Assembly (NCBI GenBank): GCA_049970055.1 | Contig: JBMFNR010000002.1 | Location: forward strand, 180,406 to 244,405 | Source of the DNA: Fervidobacterium sp. | Lineage (GTDB): Bacteria; Thermotogota; Thermotogae; Thermotogales; Fervidobacteriaceae | Length of the DNA stretch: 64,000 nucleotides | Direction: 5' to 3' | Part shown: positions 48,702 through 59,629 of the stretch, piece after piece | Layout: each line of letters starts with the position of its first letter | Position numbering within the stretch: position 1 is the stretch's first letter | The notes under the pieces: model-generated | The model's input: the letters and a program-made list of their open reading frames with translations, nothing else | The model's database searches: none | What the model was told of the DNA's origin: nothing | Position numbers and translations under genes: made by a program

Positions 48702-49910
48702 ATGTGGGAAAAGAAGGTAAACATTTACAACGTTTTTGAACTTAGGTGTAAGACAACGTGTTACTTTGGAGTTGGGGCAATTGACAAGATAAATGACATA
48801 GCCGATTGGCTAGTAAGAACCAGTAAAAGCAAAGTTATTGTTGTAACTGATCCAGTTGCGTACAAAGTTACAGGTGCATGGGAAAAAGTACAAAATGCTT
48901 TTAAGAAAAGAGGTATAGAATATATATTGTATGACAAAGTTTTGCCTAATCCGACAACAGACCAGATAGATGAAGCAACGAAAATCGGAAAAGACTTTGG
49001 TGCACAAGCGGTGGTTGGCATTGGAGGTGGAAGCCCGATAGATGCAGCCAAAAGCGTTGCTATATTGCTTGAATACACAGACAAAACAGGCGTTCAACTG
49101 TACGAAGGTGAATTTGTTCCCGAAAGGGCAAAGCCAATAATAGCAATAAACACAACACATGGCACGGGTACCGAGGTAGATAGGTTTGCTGTTGCAACAA
49201 TTCTGGAAAAGGAATATAAGCCTGCTATAGCTTACAACTGTATTTATCCAACATTTTCTGTAGATGATCCGCAATTGATGGTAACATTACCCCACAAACA
49301 AACACTTTATACAAGTATTGATGCACTAAATCATATTACGGAAGCTGCAACAACCCTTGCAAGAAACCCTTATTCTATATTACTTGCGAGAGAAACGGTT
49401 AGGCTAATTGCTACTTACTTACCTCAAGCACTTAGCAATCCCAATGATTTAAATGCGAGATATTACCTGCTTTATGCCTCCGCAATAGCAGGTATATCTT
49501 TTGACAACGGGCTTTTGCATTTCACACACGCGTTAGAACATCCATTAAGCGCTGTGAAACCTGATCTTGCCCACGGACTAGGTCTCGCGATGCTTTTACC
49601 AGCTGTTGTCAAAGAGATATACCCATCGACTGCCGAGATACTTGCTTCAATTTATGAACCGATAGTGTCTGGTTTGAAAGGAATTCCTGCAGAGGCAGAC
49701 AAGATAGCTAAAGGTATAGAAGATTGGCTATTTTCTATGGGTGTAACTCAGAAGCTTGAAGATGAAGGATTTAAAGAAAGTGACGTCGAAAAGCTTACAA
49801 ACCTTGCTTTGACAACACCTTCACTTGGCTTGCTTTTAAGTGTGGCACCGATAAAGGCTGAAAAAGAGGTAATAGAGAGAATTTACAGAAATTCATTGAA
49901 AAGAATATAA
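48702..49910 (+). CDS. Iron-containing alcohol dehydrogenase
   Basis: GGGSPIDAAK, TTHGTGTE, DALNHITE, HALEHPLS, HGLGL. Confidence 0.93.
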   Translation: MWEKKVNIYNVFELRCKTTCYFGVGAIDKINDIADWLVRTSKSKVIVVTDPVAYKVTGAWEKVQNAFKKRGIEYILYDKVLPNPTTDQIDEATKIGKDFGAQAVVGIGGGSPIDAAKSVAILLEYTDKTGVQLYEGEFVPERAKPIIAINTTHGTGTEVDRFAVATILEKEYKPAIAYNCIYPTFSVDDPQLMVTLPHKQTLYTSIDALNHITEAATTLARNPYSILLARETVRLIATYLPQALSNPNDLNARYYLLYASAIAGISFDNGLLHFTHALEHPLSAVKPDLAHGLGLAMLLPAVVKEIYPSTAEILASIYEPIVSGLKGIPAEADKIAKGIEDWLFSMGVTQKLEDEGFKESDVEKLTNLALTTPSLGLLLSVAPIKAEKEVIERIYRNSLKRI

Positions 49911-49942
49911 TTTTTGAAATTTTTGGGTTATATGAACATTCT

Positions 49943-49973
49943 AAAGGCTATGCATTTTTGCATAGCCTTTTTT
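49943..49973 (+). terminator. Intrinsic terminator
   Basis: AAAGGCTATGCA/TGCATAGCCTTTTTT. Confidence 0.8.
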
Positions 49974-50012
49974 GTTGAAAATGGTGGTATAATATGAAGC
50001 AGGGGTGGTAGA

Positions 50013-50471
50013 ATGCTTGGAAAGGCTTTGGTAATTTGTGTTTCAAAGCATAGGGGTAATACGCTGAAAATAGCTAAAGAGATTGCGAATGTACTAGAAT
50101 GTGAGGTTAAAAGACCAGATGAGGTTGACTTGAAAACACTGACCAGTTATGATGTGCTAGGACTTGGTTCTGGCATTTACGCGTTTGGTATGGATAGAGC
50201 CTTGAAAAAAATAATTAAAAGATTTAAAGATGGTCAGAGGAAAAAGGTTTTTATTTTTTCAACATCAGCAGATCTAAATGGTTATAGATACCATAAGGGT
50301 TTGAAAAAACTTTTGGAGAAAAGAAGTTTTGATATCATTGGTGAATTCAATTGCCCGGGAGCTTACTTTGGTTGGTTTTTTGGAAAAAAGGGTGGAGTTA
50401 ATCCGGATAGACCTAACGATGATGATTTGAAAAGAGCAAGAGAGTTCGCTGAAGGTTTGAAACAGAAATGA
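50013..50471 (+). CDS. Flavodoxin-family protein
   Basis: SKHRGNTLKIA, GLGSGIY, VFIFSTS, RPNDDDLKRAREFA. Confidence 0.88.
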   Translation: MLGKALVICVSKHRGNTLKIAKEIANVLECEVKRPDEVDLKTLTSYDVLGLGSGIYAFGMDRALKKIIKRFKDGQRKKVFIFSTSADLNGYRYHKGLKKLLEKRSFDIIGEFNCPGAYFGWFFGKKGGVNPDRPNDDDLKRAREFAEGLKQK

Positions 50472-50484
50472 GAGGGGGGAATGT

Positions 50485-50781
50485 ATGACCTACCATGAAC
50501 CTTACGAGGAATTGTCAGACTTTGATCGTGATTTAACAAGGCTGTTAAGAAGTTTGATCGAAGAACTCGAGGCGATTGATTGGTACCATCAAAGAATGGT
50601 TGTAACAAAGGATCCAGAGGTTAGAAATCTGATAAAACACAACCGAGATGAGGAAATGGAACACGCAGCCATGATACTTGAAGTAATTAGAAGACGTATT
50701 CCTGAATTTGATAAAGTTCTCAGAGAATATCTTTTTACAGATGGAACTGTAACAGAAGTGGAAAAAGAAAGGAAAAGATGA
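50485..50781 (+). CDS. Encapsulin-associated-type ferritin-like protein (EncFtn/Flp family)
   Basis: YHEPYEEL, SLIEELEAIDWYHQR, HNRDEEMEHAAM, YLFT. Confidence 0.9.
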   Translation: MTYHEPYEELSDFDRDLTRLLRSLIEELEAIDWYHQRMVVTKDPEVRNLIKHNRDEEMEHAAMILEVIRRRIPEFDKVLREYLFTDGTVTEVEKERKR

Positions 50782-50785
50782 TTTC

Positions 50786-51793
50786 GTGCCAGAAATTCGA
50801 TACTTAGTGATTGCTTTAGTAATTATTTTTCTAATCATTTCTGAGATTAGTTTAGCCTGGTGGGGGCATGATATCTTTACATTCCTTGTTGTGACTTCGA
50901 TACCAGGTTTTGACTATAATAAGTACGCTGAGTTACGAGAATATAACTATGTAGAAAAAAGAAATTACAAGAGTGGAAAGTACTCGACTGAAGAATTGTT
51001 GCTGAATAAAAAAGGTGAATTGCGTGTCCCAGATGAATTATCTTCCAGCGTACACTTAAAGACTATTAGTGGCATATCCATTCCTGTGTGGATGATTTTA
51101 ACAGAGTATGTTACCTTTCCAGATAACGGGATGGATATGGTGCCAGGAGCTATGCCTATAGAGCTTTTTATTGGAGAAACGCAAGCAAATAGGCATGGAT
51201 ATGTAAAGATTCAGGCTTTTGAATTTTTTGAGGGTAATAAATCCTTTGTGCATTTTATGGATTTATCACGTCAAGCCTTTTTGAGGAAAGACTTCTATTG
51301 GGGATATCGTTTCTTTGCTTACAGTTTGCATTATCTGGAGGACTTGATGCAGCCTTACCACGTGAGGCCTGGAACTGTTCCCGAAATGATAGTTGCGGTC
51401 TTTGATAAGAACACAAGAAAGATGTTGACGAATGCTCATGAATTATACGACATGTATTTAGAATATTTGATGCTTTTTTCAAAAAACAAACATGATTTAT
51501 TAAGAGTGATAAGGGAAACGAAACCTATAATAATGAATGTTCCAGATGATAGGTTAATTTACGAAGCTATCGTTTATTCTTATTCAAATTTTTTCAAGGT
51601 ACATAACGAGATCAAAAAAATTTTTGGCAGTAGATTGTATGAAAGCGTTTCAATGAAAGATTTTGTGGATAAAGAAAACAGCAGAGAGCTTGATAATTTA
51701 TACGAAATCACCTGCGGTATCGTTCAAACGATGGCAGGAGTTATCAAAGGTTTGATTCTGAAAATTGAAAATACTATGGGAGGTATTGATTAA
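50786..51793 (+). CDS. Secreted Zn-dependent phospholipase C/P1-nuclease-like protein
   Basis: Signal peptide then WWGH; RHGY; LHYLEDLMQPYH; HELYD. Confidence 0.7.
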   Translation: MPEIRYLVIALVIIFLIISEISLAWWGHDIFTFLVVTSIPGFDYNKYAELREYNYVEKRNYKSGKYSTEELLLNKKGELRVPDELSSSVHLKTISGISIPVWMILTEYVTFPDNGMDMVPGAMPIELFIGETQANRHGYVKIQAFEFFEGNKSFVHFMDLSRQAFLRKDFYWGYRFFAYSLHYLEDLMQPYHVRPGTVPEMIVAVFDKNTRKMLTNAHELYDMYLEYLMLFSKNKHDLLRVIRETKPIIMNVPDDRLIYEAIVYSYSNFFKVHNEIKKIFGSRLYESVSMKDFVDKENSRELDNLYEITCGIVQTMAGVIKGLILKIENTMGGID

Positions 51794-52512
51794 TGCAATT
51801 TGATAGAGACGTGAAAACAAGAATTTACTGGCTTGGTGTTCTCGTGTTTGTAGCGTTGATGGTCTTACTTTACGTATCAAAGCAAGGAAGTCTCGTGATT
51901 GTACAGAGTTCTTCGGAAGACAAGATCGTTAAAATACACGTAGAAATTCCTAGGTTGAGGAATTTAAAGAGTGTGGCATTTGAACAAGATATCAACGAGG
52001 AGATAGAAAGCAAAATAAGACAATTCGTTCAGCAAATAAAGAGTACTTCTCAAGAAGATTTTAAATCTGGTATTCAAAGATTTCCATACGAAGCGTACGT
52101 TAAAACACAATTACGGTATAATGATGGTAAGATAATTAGCTTTGTCGTATATTACTATGGATACACCGGTGGTGCTCACGGATCAACTATCTTCGATACA
52201 TACAATATAGATATCGAAAATTTAAGAGTTTTGAAGTTGTATGATATAATCCAAGAAGATGCAGAAAAAGTTGTAAAACAGGAGATAGTAAGGCAAATAG
52301 AGGAAAGAAAAAGCGATTTTTTTGAAGATGCAACTGCCACCGTTTTTAGCAAAGATATTTCCACGATGAGGTTTGTTATTTCAAAAGAAGGCATAACTTT
52401 TATATTCGATCAATATGAGTTAGCGCCGTATTCAACAGGTATGCCCGAGTTCGTATTACCGTGGAGTATACTCGATGGGTTTTTAAAGATCAATATAAAT
52501 GATAACTTTTAA
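51793..52512 (+). CDS. DUF3298/DUF4163 (RsiV/PdaC-like) membrane-anchored protein
   Basis: YTGGAHG, TYNID, FDQYELAPYSTGMPEF. Confidence 0.85.
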   Translation: MQFDRDVKTRIYWLGVLVFVALMVLLYVSKQGSLVIVQSSSEDKIVKIHVEIPRLRNLKSVAFEQDINEEIESKIRQFVQQIKSTSQEDFKSGIQRFPYEAYVKTQLRYNDGKIISFVVYYYGYTGGAHGSTIFDTYNIDIENLRVLKLYDIIQEDAEKVVKQEIVRQIEERKSDFFEDATATVFSKDISTMRFVISKEGITFIFDQYELAPYSTGMPEFVLPWSILDGFLKININDNF

Positions 52513-52539
52513 TAACTTTGTAAATTCGGGGGGATAGAG

Positions 52540-53862
52540 TTGAATGTAAGTAAAACAATTGATAGAAAAAGAACAGTTCTCTTTCTTTTTCTTTTACTTA
52601 CCATATTAAATGCCGATCAGATGGTTATGAGCCCAGTAATAGGGATGATAGAAAAAGAATTTAATGTGACTGATTCTCATATTGGGCTTGTTGGTGGGGT
52701 TTTTAGTATCGTTGGAGCTATCATTAGTTTGGTATGGGGTTATTTAACGGATAAATACGATAGGAAGAAATTACTCGTTGCATCAATATTGGTTGGCGAA
52801 ATACCTTGTCTTTTAACAGCTATTTCTGGTTCGTTTGAGCAGCTGTTTTTTTGGAGGGTATTGACAGGTATTGGTGTTGGTGCTTCATTTCCAATTTCTT
52901 ACTCTCTTGTTGGTGATCTGTTTGGTCACAAAGAGAGGGGAAAAGTAGTTTCTATTCTTGGCTTAGCTGTAAGTGTCGGTAGTATATTGGGAATGCTTGT
53001 TTCAGGCTATACTGCGGGCATTTTTGGATGGCGTATACCGTTCATACTCGTTTCATCACCAAATTTGATATTGATACCACTTATTTGGTATTACATTGAA
53101 CAACCAAAAAGAGCATCGTGTGAGGAAGGATTCGAAGAAGGTGATGCTGTTTACACGTATTCGATAAAAATTTCAGACTATTTGAACTTATTTAGAGTAA
53201 AAACAAATTTACTTTTATTTTTCCAAGGTATCGCTGGTACAGTTCCCTGGGGTGTTATACCCTTCTTTTTGATAGAGTTCTTGAAAAGAGAGAAAGGCAT
53301 GGATCTCAAGACAGCAACTACTGTTTTTTTACTCTTTGCCATTGGTAGTATAGTTGGTAATGTTTTAGGAGGATTCCTTGGTGAAAGGCTTTATCGTATC
53401 TCTAAGCGTTTAGTCCCACTCGTATCAGCTGCAACAACTGTCATTGGTGTGTTTTTTACAATCTTGGTTTTTAAATTCGATTATCGTCAGGGAACATTAT
53501 TAACTCTTGGAGTGATAGGATTTTTAGCTGCTATGGTTGATTCGTACACGGGACCAAATGTTAAAATGATGCTTTTAAATGTCAATGAACCCAAGAATAG
53601 AGGTAGGATTTTCTCGATATTTAATCTCACTGATTCAGTTGGCAACGGTGTCGGAAGATTTATTGGCGGGATTTTATCGGTCAGCTTCGGAAGTATCGGC
53701 GTCGCTCTTGAGATAAGTACTTACTTCTGGCTTATTTGTGGGTTTTTGCTGATGCTTGCAGCTTGGTTTTTTGATAGTGAAGTAGAATTGTTGAATGAAA
53801 AAATGAGAAAGCTTGCAAGCAAAGAGCTATGCGAACATTCTAAAAGTTTAGAAGATGTTTAA
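52540..53862 (+). CDS. MFS transporter
   Basis: GYLTDKYDRKK, RVLTGIG, GWRIPF; ~12 TM. Confidence 0.9.
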   Translation: MNVSKTIDRKRTVLFLFLLLTILNADQMVMSPVIGMIEKEFNVTDSHIGLVGGVFSIVGAIISLVWGYLTDKYDRKKLLVASILVGEIPCLLTAISGSFEQLFFWRVLTGIGVGASFPISYSLVGDLFGHKERGKVVSILGLAVSVGSILGMLVSGYTAGIFGWRIPFILVSSPNLILIPLIWYYIEQPKRASCEEGFEEGDAVYTYSIKISDYLNLFRVKTNLLLFFQGIAGTVPWGVIPFFLIEFLKREKGMDLKTATTVFLLFAIGSIVGNVLGGFLGERLYRISKRLVPLVSAATTVIGVFFTILVFKFDYRQGTLLTLGVIGFLAAMVDSYTGPNVKMMLLNVNEPKNRGRIFSIFNLTDSVGNGVGRFIGGILSVSFGSIGVALEISTYFWLICGFLLMLAAWFFDSEVELLNEKMRKLASKELCEHSKSLEDV

Positions 53863-53886
53863 AATGCTTAGAATATAAAATAAAAA

Positions 53887-53976
53887 TGGCGGAGGCGGTG
53901 GGACTCGAACCCACATGGTGGTTTAACCACCACCGATTTTCAAGACCGGCTCCTTAGCCAGTTCGGACACGCCTCC
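53887..53976 (-). tRNA. tRNA-Ser(TGA)
   Basis: GGAGGCG acceptor stem, CT-TGA-AA loop, long variable arm, GTTCGAGTCC, CCA end. Confidence 0.95.
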
Positions 53977-54050
53977 GTCCAGCGTTAGAATTATACATCG
54001 ATCTGAAAATTTCGTCAAGTGGAAAAGTTAGCACACAGGAGGTATGATGG

Positions 54051-56060
54051 ATGCAGGAACTAAAAAACTTGAGAGATTATCTGAGAGGTAAAATTACAGG
54101 AAAAACTCTCTACGCCTTACCCAAGCAGTGGTTTGTTTTCCATTATCCTGGAAAGCTTTCCACAAAAGATGGAAAGTACTTTGTTGACCCATACGAATAT
54201 TATTCGTATTTAATCGACTGGGTACTTCAAAGTGACAAGGGGCTAGATTACTCAAAATCCTTAGCTTATCTCAACGGTGAGAACAACACTAGCTGGATAA
54301 GAAATGCAAAAATGTATGGTGCTCTTCCAAGAACAACAGTTGCATACAATCATAAGGGTTTTGGTAGCTTTGAGCCAGAGGATATATTTGGGCATAGGGA
54401 AACGGGTACATTTCTAAAGATGATTGCGCTTTTACCGTATTTGAAGAACATGGGGATGAATGTACTTTATATGTTACCTATATCAAAAATGAGTAACGTT
54501 TTCAAAAAAGGCGAAGTTGGTTCACCATATGCGGTAAAAAATCCTGTAGAACTCGATGAGAGTTACAGTGATCCTCTTGTTGATTGTTTCTCCGTTGAGG
54601 AACAATTCAAAGCTCTTGTTCAGGCTGCGCATATACTCGGTATACGTGTTGTTTTGGATTTCATTCCAAGGACAGCGGCAAGAGACAGTGACTTGATAAA
54701 AGAACATCCTGATTGGTTCTACTGGATTAAGATTGAGGAAGTGAGTGGTTACAAACCACCATACATTCCAGAATTACCATTCAAAATACCCGATGCTACA
54801 GATCTAGAAGTTATATATTCAAACGAGGAGGTAAAAAGGCATCTTGAGAAATTTACACTTTCACCTGGCAAATTAGATCCAAAAAAGTGGCAAAAGGTTA
54901 AGAAGATGGAGGGTAATATTCTTTCAAACATAGCCAAAGAATTCGGAATTATAACTCCCCCGGGTTTCTCAGATTGGGTAAATGACCCACAACCTACTTG
55001 GGATGATGTAACGTTCTTAAGACTTTACCTTGACCATCCAGCGGAAAGTCAAAAATACGTATCGAAAGAACAGCCACCATATGTGTTGTTTGACGTTATT
55101 AAATCAAGCAAATTCCCAGGTAATGTACCGAATAAAGAGCTTTGGGAATATTTATCAAATATTATTCCATCGTACCAGAAAAGATTTGGAATAGATGGTG
55201 CAAGGATTGATATGGGGCACGCGCTTCCATCAAATTTGCAAGACATGATTATCTCAAAAGCAAGAGACATAGATCCTGCGTTTGTATTTATAGCCGAAGA
55301 ATTAGAAATGAAGAATGACGAAAAAGCAAAAAACGAAGGGTATGATTGTATACTTGGAAATAGTTGGTACGCCGTAGCAAGACCGAGAGAATTTTATAGA
55401 TTCATTGAGGAGATTGTACCACAACTGAAAGTGCCGTTTATAGCCTCATGTGAAACACCAGATACTCCAAGAATCGTAGTTAGAGAGAATGGTGATAAAT
55501 TAAAATATCTTGCACCGGCACTCTTGTATTTTGCCCCAAATTCGATACCGTACGTTAATACAGGCCAAGAAATAGAGGAAACTCAACCTATGAACCTTGG
55601 CTTGGATAATAATATATTTGGAAAAACAATTTTACCCCCAGATGACCAATTTTATGGAAAGCTTGCATTCTTCGACTATTTTGCACTGCACTGGGATAAG
55701 AGTGAGGCAGGTATGTACGACTACTTGCGAAAGTTACTCAATTTAAGGGAAAGATTATCGGAGTTCTACAATGGGGAATTTAGGTATGTGTATCTGAACT
55801 ATCAAGACGGCCTGACAGCGAATTACAGTTTCTGGAAAAAAGATGAAGCTCTCATAATACTTGGTAACCTTAACTTAGTCCATGGTAGGTATGTTGAAAT
55901 ATATATTAACGAAACTGCTGGACGACCAGTAGAGGTACGAAGTGTTAAGATAATAACGCGTTTTGGAGCGAAGAATTTACCACTACAAATGACAAACGTG
56001 ATCCCGTATGAGTTAGCAGCAGGTGACTTTGTAATTATACTTTTGAACAAGGACATATGA
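54051..56060 (+). CDS. mmtA: GH13 maltodextrin glycosyltransferase (Thermotoga maltosyltransferase-like)
   Basis: LPRTTVAYNHKG, SPYAVKNP, DFIPRTAARDS, GARIDMGH, FIAEEL. Confidence 0.85.
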   Translation: MQELKNLRDYLRGKITGKTLYALPKQWFVFHYPGKLSTKDGKYFVDPYEYYSYLIDWVLQSDKGLDYSKSLAYLNGENNTSWIRNAKMYGALPRTTVAYNHKGFGSFEPEDIFGHRETGTFLKMIALLPYLKNMGMNVLYMLPISKMSNVFKKGEVGSPYAVKNPVELDESYSDPLVDCFSVEEQFKALVQAAHILGIRVVLDFIPRTAARDSDLIKEHPDWFYWIKIEEVSGYKPPYIPELPFKIPDATDLEVIYSNEEVKRHLEKFTLSPGKLDPKKWQKVKKMEGNILSNIAKEFGIITPPGFSDWVNDPQPTWDDVTFLRLYLDHPAESQKYVSKEQPPYVLFDVIKSSKFPGNVPNKELWEYLSNIIPSYQKRFGIDGARIDMGHALPSNLQDMIISKARDIDPAFVFIAEELEMKNDEKAKNEGYDCILGNSWYAVARPREFYRFIEEIVPQLKVPFIASCETPDTPRIVVRENGDKLKYLAPALLYFAPNSIPYVNTGQEIEETQPMNLGLDNNIFGKTILPPDDQFYGKLAFFDYFALHWDKSEAGMYDYLRKLLNLRERLSEFYNGEFRYVYLNYQDGLTANYSFWKKDEALIILGNLNLVHGRYVEIYINETAGRPVEVRSVKIITRFGAKNLPLQMTNVIPYELAAGDFVIILLNKDI

Positions 56061-56077
56061 TAATTTTAAAAAAACTC

Positions 56078-56106
56078 TTGACAGAACAACTTTTACATAG
56101 TAAAAT
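56078..56106 (+). promoter_or_regulatory. Sigma70-type promoter of tRNA pair
   Basis: TTGACA-17 nt-TAAAAT. Confidence 0.85.
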
Positions 56107-56143
56107 CTGTATCGCTGATGCTGAAAATACGTCAGCAACAAGT

Positions 56144-56218
56144 GGGTGCGTAGCTCAGTGGGAGAGCGCTTCCTTGACGCGGAAGAGGTCGTAGGTTCAA
56201 TCCCTGCCGCACCCACCA
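56144..56218 (+). tRNA. tRNA-Val(GAC)
   Basis: GGGTGCG acceptor, CTTCC-TTGACGC-GGAAG anticodon arm, GGTTCAATCC, CCA. Confidence 0.96.
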
Positions 56219-56306
56219 CTCTTTTAATATCAATAATTCCTAAAAACTGCGGTCTTAAATTTAGGCGATACAGCGCAAAGGTAGGCTAAAGCTGCGGTAA
56301 AGATGC

Positions 56307-56381
56307 TGGGGCGTCGTCTAATTGGCAGGACCCTGGACTTTGGCTCCAGTTGTGTAGGTTCGAGTCCTACCGCCCCAGCCA
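56307..56381 (+). tRNA. tRNA-Gln(TTG)
   Basis: TGGGGCG acceptor, CTGGA-CTTTGGC-TCCAG arm, GGTTCGAGTCC, CCA. Confidence 0.95.
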
Positions 56382-56420
56382 GTTTAGTAAACACTTAAAC
56401 AAAAATAATATACGAACTCT

Positions 56421-56446
56421 ACGGGCGCTATAGCGCCCGTTCTTTT
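56421..56446 (+). terminator. Terminator after tRNAs
   Basis: ACGGGCGC/GCGCCCGT + TTCTTTT. Confidence 0.8.
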
Positions 56447-56525
56447 AGCAATGTTGGTTAGTTTATCGTATGAAATTAAAGACGCCCGATATCGTGTACG
56501 CAACAAAAAATTCACACGGGCTTTA

Positions 56526-56554
56526 TTGTATTTTTGTAAAAGTGCGTTTATAAT
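56526..56554 (+). promoter_or_regulatory. Sigma70-type promoter of str operon
   Basis: TTGTAT-17 nt-TATAAT. Confidence 0.7.
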
Positions 56555-56590
56555 ATCACACGAGTGTATATGATTGAAGGGAGGGTTTAG

Positions 56591-56992
56591 ATGCCAACTA
56601 TTAATCAGTTAGTGAGACACGGTAGGCAGAAGATTAAGGAGAAATCCAAGTCACCAGCATTGCAGGGGCACCCACAGAAAAGAGGAGTTTGTGTCAGGGT
56701 TTCGACAATGACACCGAAAAAGCCAAACTCAGCTCTCAGAAAGATAGCAAAGGTTAGATTGAGCAACGGTATAGAAGTAACAGCGTATATTCCAGGTATA
56801 GGCCATAATCTTCAGGAACACTCCATCGTTCTTGTAAGAGGTGGAAGGGTTAAGGACCTTCCAGGTGTTAGGTACAAAATTATCCGCGGTGCTCTTGATG
56901 CAGCAGGTGTTGAAAACAGACGCCAGAGCAGAAGTAAGTATGGTGCAAAGAGACCAAAGGCTGGAGCAGCAGGCGCAAAGGGCAAGAAATAA
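56591..56992 (+). CDS. rpsL: 30S ribosomal protein S12
   Basis: [27 protein letters not shown]. Confidence 0.99.
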   Translation: MPTINQLVRHGRQKIKEKSKSPALQGHPQKRGVCVRVSTMTPKKPNSALRKIAKVRLSNGIEVTAYIPGIGHNLQEHSIVLVRGGRVKDLPGVRYKIIRGALDAAGVENRRQSRSKYGAKRPKAGAAGAKGKK

Positions 56993-57004
56993 GGAGGGAA
57001 TTGA

Positions 57005-57472
<468 letters not shown>

Positions 57473-57508
57473 TTTAGAGTTTAGTTCTATGTCTTTGAGG
57501 AGGAAAGT

Positions 57509-59587
57509 ATGGAAGAGATAAAGGCATTATATGTCGACCTGAATAAGCTTAGAAACATAGGAATAATGGCGCACATTGACGCTGGTAAAACGACTACAAC
57601 CGAGCGTATACTTTTTTTTACAGGTAGAAAGCACCAGATTGGTAGTGTTGATGATGGAACTGCAACGATGGATTGGATGATTCAGGAAAAAGAAAGAGGA
57701 ATCACCATAACATCGGCTGCAACAACATGTTTTTGGAAAGAACATCGTATTAACATCATCGATACACCAGGCCACGTTGACTTTACAATCGAAGTCGAAA
57801 GGTCGCTAAGGGTTCTTGATGGGGCAATAGCGGTCTTTGATGCAACCGCAGGTGTTGAACCACAGTCTGAAACTGTTTGGAGGCAGGCAGATAAATACAA
57901 TGTACCAAGAATTGCTTTCATGAATAAGATGGACAAAACGGGTGCTGATTTCGATATGGCTGTCCAAACAATGCTTGAAAGACTTGGTGCACATCCAATT
58001 CCTGTCCAAATACCGATGGGTGCCGAAAGCGATTTTAAGGGTGTTGTTGACTTAGTTGAAATGAAGGCAATTAGATGGCTTAATCCAGAAGGTACGGAGA
58101 TGGTTGTCGAAGAAATTCCTGCTCAGTGGCGTTATAAAGCCGAAGAAGCAAGGGAAGACATGATAGAGAAGATCGCAGAAGTTGACGATGAGGTAATGGA
58201 ACTGTACCTTGAAGGTGAAGAGCCAAGTATCGATCAGATTCATGCGGCACTCAGAAGGATAACTATTGCTGGATTGGGCACACCTGTTTTTTGTGGTTCA
58301 GCTAAGATGAACTTGGGAATTCAACCCCTTCTCGACGGTGTTATCAGGTATCTTCCATCGCCGTTGGATCTACCACCAGTTCGTGGCTTTGATAAAGATG
58401 GTAACGAAATACAAGTTTACCCCAAGGAAGACGGGCACTTTGTGGCATACGCGTTCAAGATTCAAACTGACCCATATGTAGGGAAGTTAACATTCCTTAG
58501 AGTGTACAGTGGTAGGCTTGAGAAAGGAAGTTATGTAGTTAACACAACAAAGGGAATAAAAGAAAGAGTTTCGAGGCTTATCTTCTTACATGCCGATAAG
58601 CGCGAAGACGTGGATTACATAAGAGCTGGAGACATCGTTGGAGTCATTGGAATGAAGAGTACTGTAACTGGTGATACTGTCTGTGAGGAGAACACGTACG
58701 TTGTTTTGGAGAAAATGGAATTTCCAGAACCAGTTATATCTATCGCGATTGAACCAGTGACAAAAGATGATGAAACAAAGCTTTCAAAAGCGCTCCAAGC
58801 ACTTCTTGACGAAGATCCTTCACTAAGAGCTTACGTTGATCAAGAGACAGGCGAAACTATTCTTTCAGGAATGGGAGAATTACACCTTGAAATCATTGTT
58901 GATAGGCTCAAAAGGGAATTTAATGTTAATGTGAGAGTTGGTAAGCCACAGGTTGCTTACAGAGAAACGATTACAAAAGAAGTCAAAACTGAAGGTAAAT
59001 ACATCAGGCAGAGTGGTGGTAGAGGTCAGTACGGTCACGTTGTTATTCAGTTCGAGCCACTCAGTCTTGACAAAACGTTTGAATTTGTTGACAAAACGGT
59101 TGGTGGTGTAATACCAAAACAGTACATACCAGCTATTGAAGAGGGAATAAAAGAAGCCTTACAAGTAGGTGTGTTGGCAGGTTACCCAGTTGTTGGTGTG
59201 AAAGCAACGCTACTTGATGGTTCATACCACGAAGTAGACTCGTCGGAAATGGCATTTAAAATAGCAGCAAGTATGGCTTTCAAAGAAGCAATGGAAAAGG
59301 GTAGTCCAGCGTTGCTTGAGCCGATAATGAAAGTGGAAGTTACGACACCAGAAGAGTACATGGGAAATATCATAGCTGATCTCAACTCAAGAAGAGCGCA
59401 CATAGACGCACTAGAAAACAGAGGTCATCTAAGAGTAATAAGAGCGTTAGTTCCACTAAGTGAAATGTTTGGATACGCAACCACGCTTAGGTCACTTTCA
59501 CAAGGTAGGGCTAACTATGTAATGGTACTTTCCCACTACGAGAAAGTACCAGAAAAAGTAGCAGAAAAAATACTTAAAGGACAATAA
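57509..59587 (+). CDS. fusA: Elongation factor G
   Basis: [30 protein letters not shown]. Confidence 0.99.
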   Translation: MEEIKALYVDLNKLRNIGIMAHIDAGKTTTTERILFFTGRKHQIGSVDDGTATMDWMIQEKERGITITSAATTCFWKEHRINIIDTPGHVDFTIEVERSLRVLDGAIAVFDATAGVEPQSETVWRQADKYNVPRIAFMNKMDKTGADFDMAVQTMLERLGAHPIPVQIPMGAESDFKGVVDLVEMKAIRWLNPEGTEMVVEEIPAQWRYKAEEAREDMIEKIAEVDDEVMELYLEGEEPSIDQIHAALRRITIAGLGTPVFCGSAKMNLGIQPLLDGVIRYLPSPLDLPPVRGFDKDGNEIQVYPKEDGHFVAYAFKIQTDPYVGKLTFLRVYSGRLEKGSYVVNTTKGIKERVSRLIFLHADKREDVDYIRAGDIVGVIGMKSTVTGDTVCEENTYVVLEKMEFPEPVISIAIEPVTKDDETKLSKALQALLDEDPSLRAYVDQETGETILSGMGELHLEIIVDRLKREFNVNVRVGKPQVAYRETITKEVKTEGKYIRQSGGRGQYGHVVIQFEPLSLDKTFEFVDKTVGGVIPKQYIPAIEEGIKEALQVGVLAGYPVVGVKATLLDGSYHEVDSSEMAFKIAASMAFKEAMEKGSPALLEPIMKVEVTTPEEYMGNIIADLNSRRAHIDALENRGHLRVIRALVPLSEMFGYATTLRSLSQGRANYVMVLSHYEKVPEKVAEKILKGQ

Positions 59588-59629
59588 ACTACATTACTCC
59601 ACCATAGGTGAAGAAGGAGGGGCAAAAGT

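Noticed and set aside
56013..56219. 68-aa minus-strand ORF
   Set aside because: Antisense shadow of tRNA-Val and its promoter
56219..56306. c-di-GMP-I riboswitch-like words (GCGCAAAG..GGCTAAA) between the tRNAs
   Set aside because: No GGCAAAC/GAAA P2 hairpin or closing P1 stem; the location is a tRNA spacer
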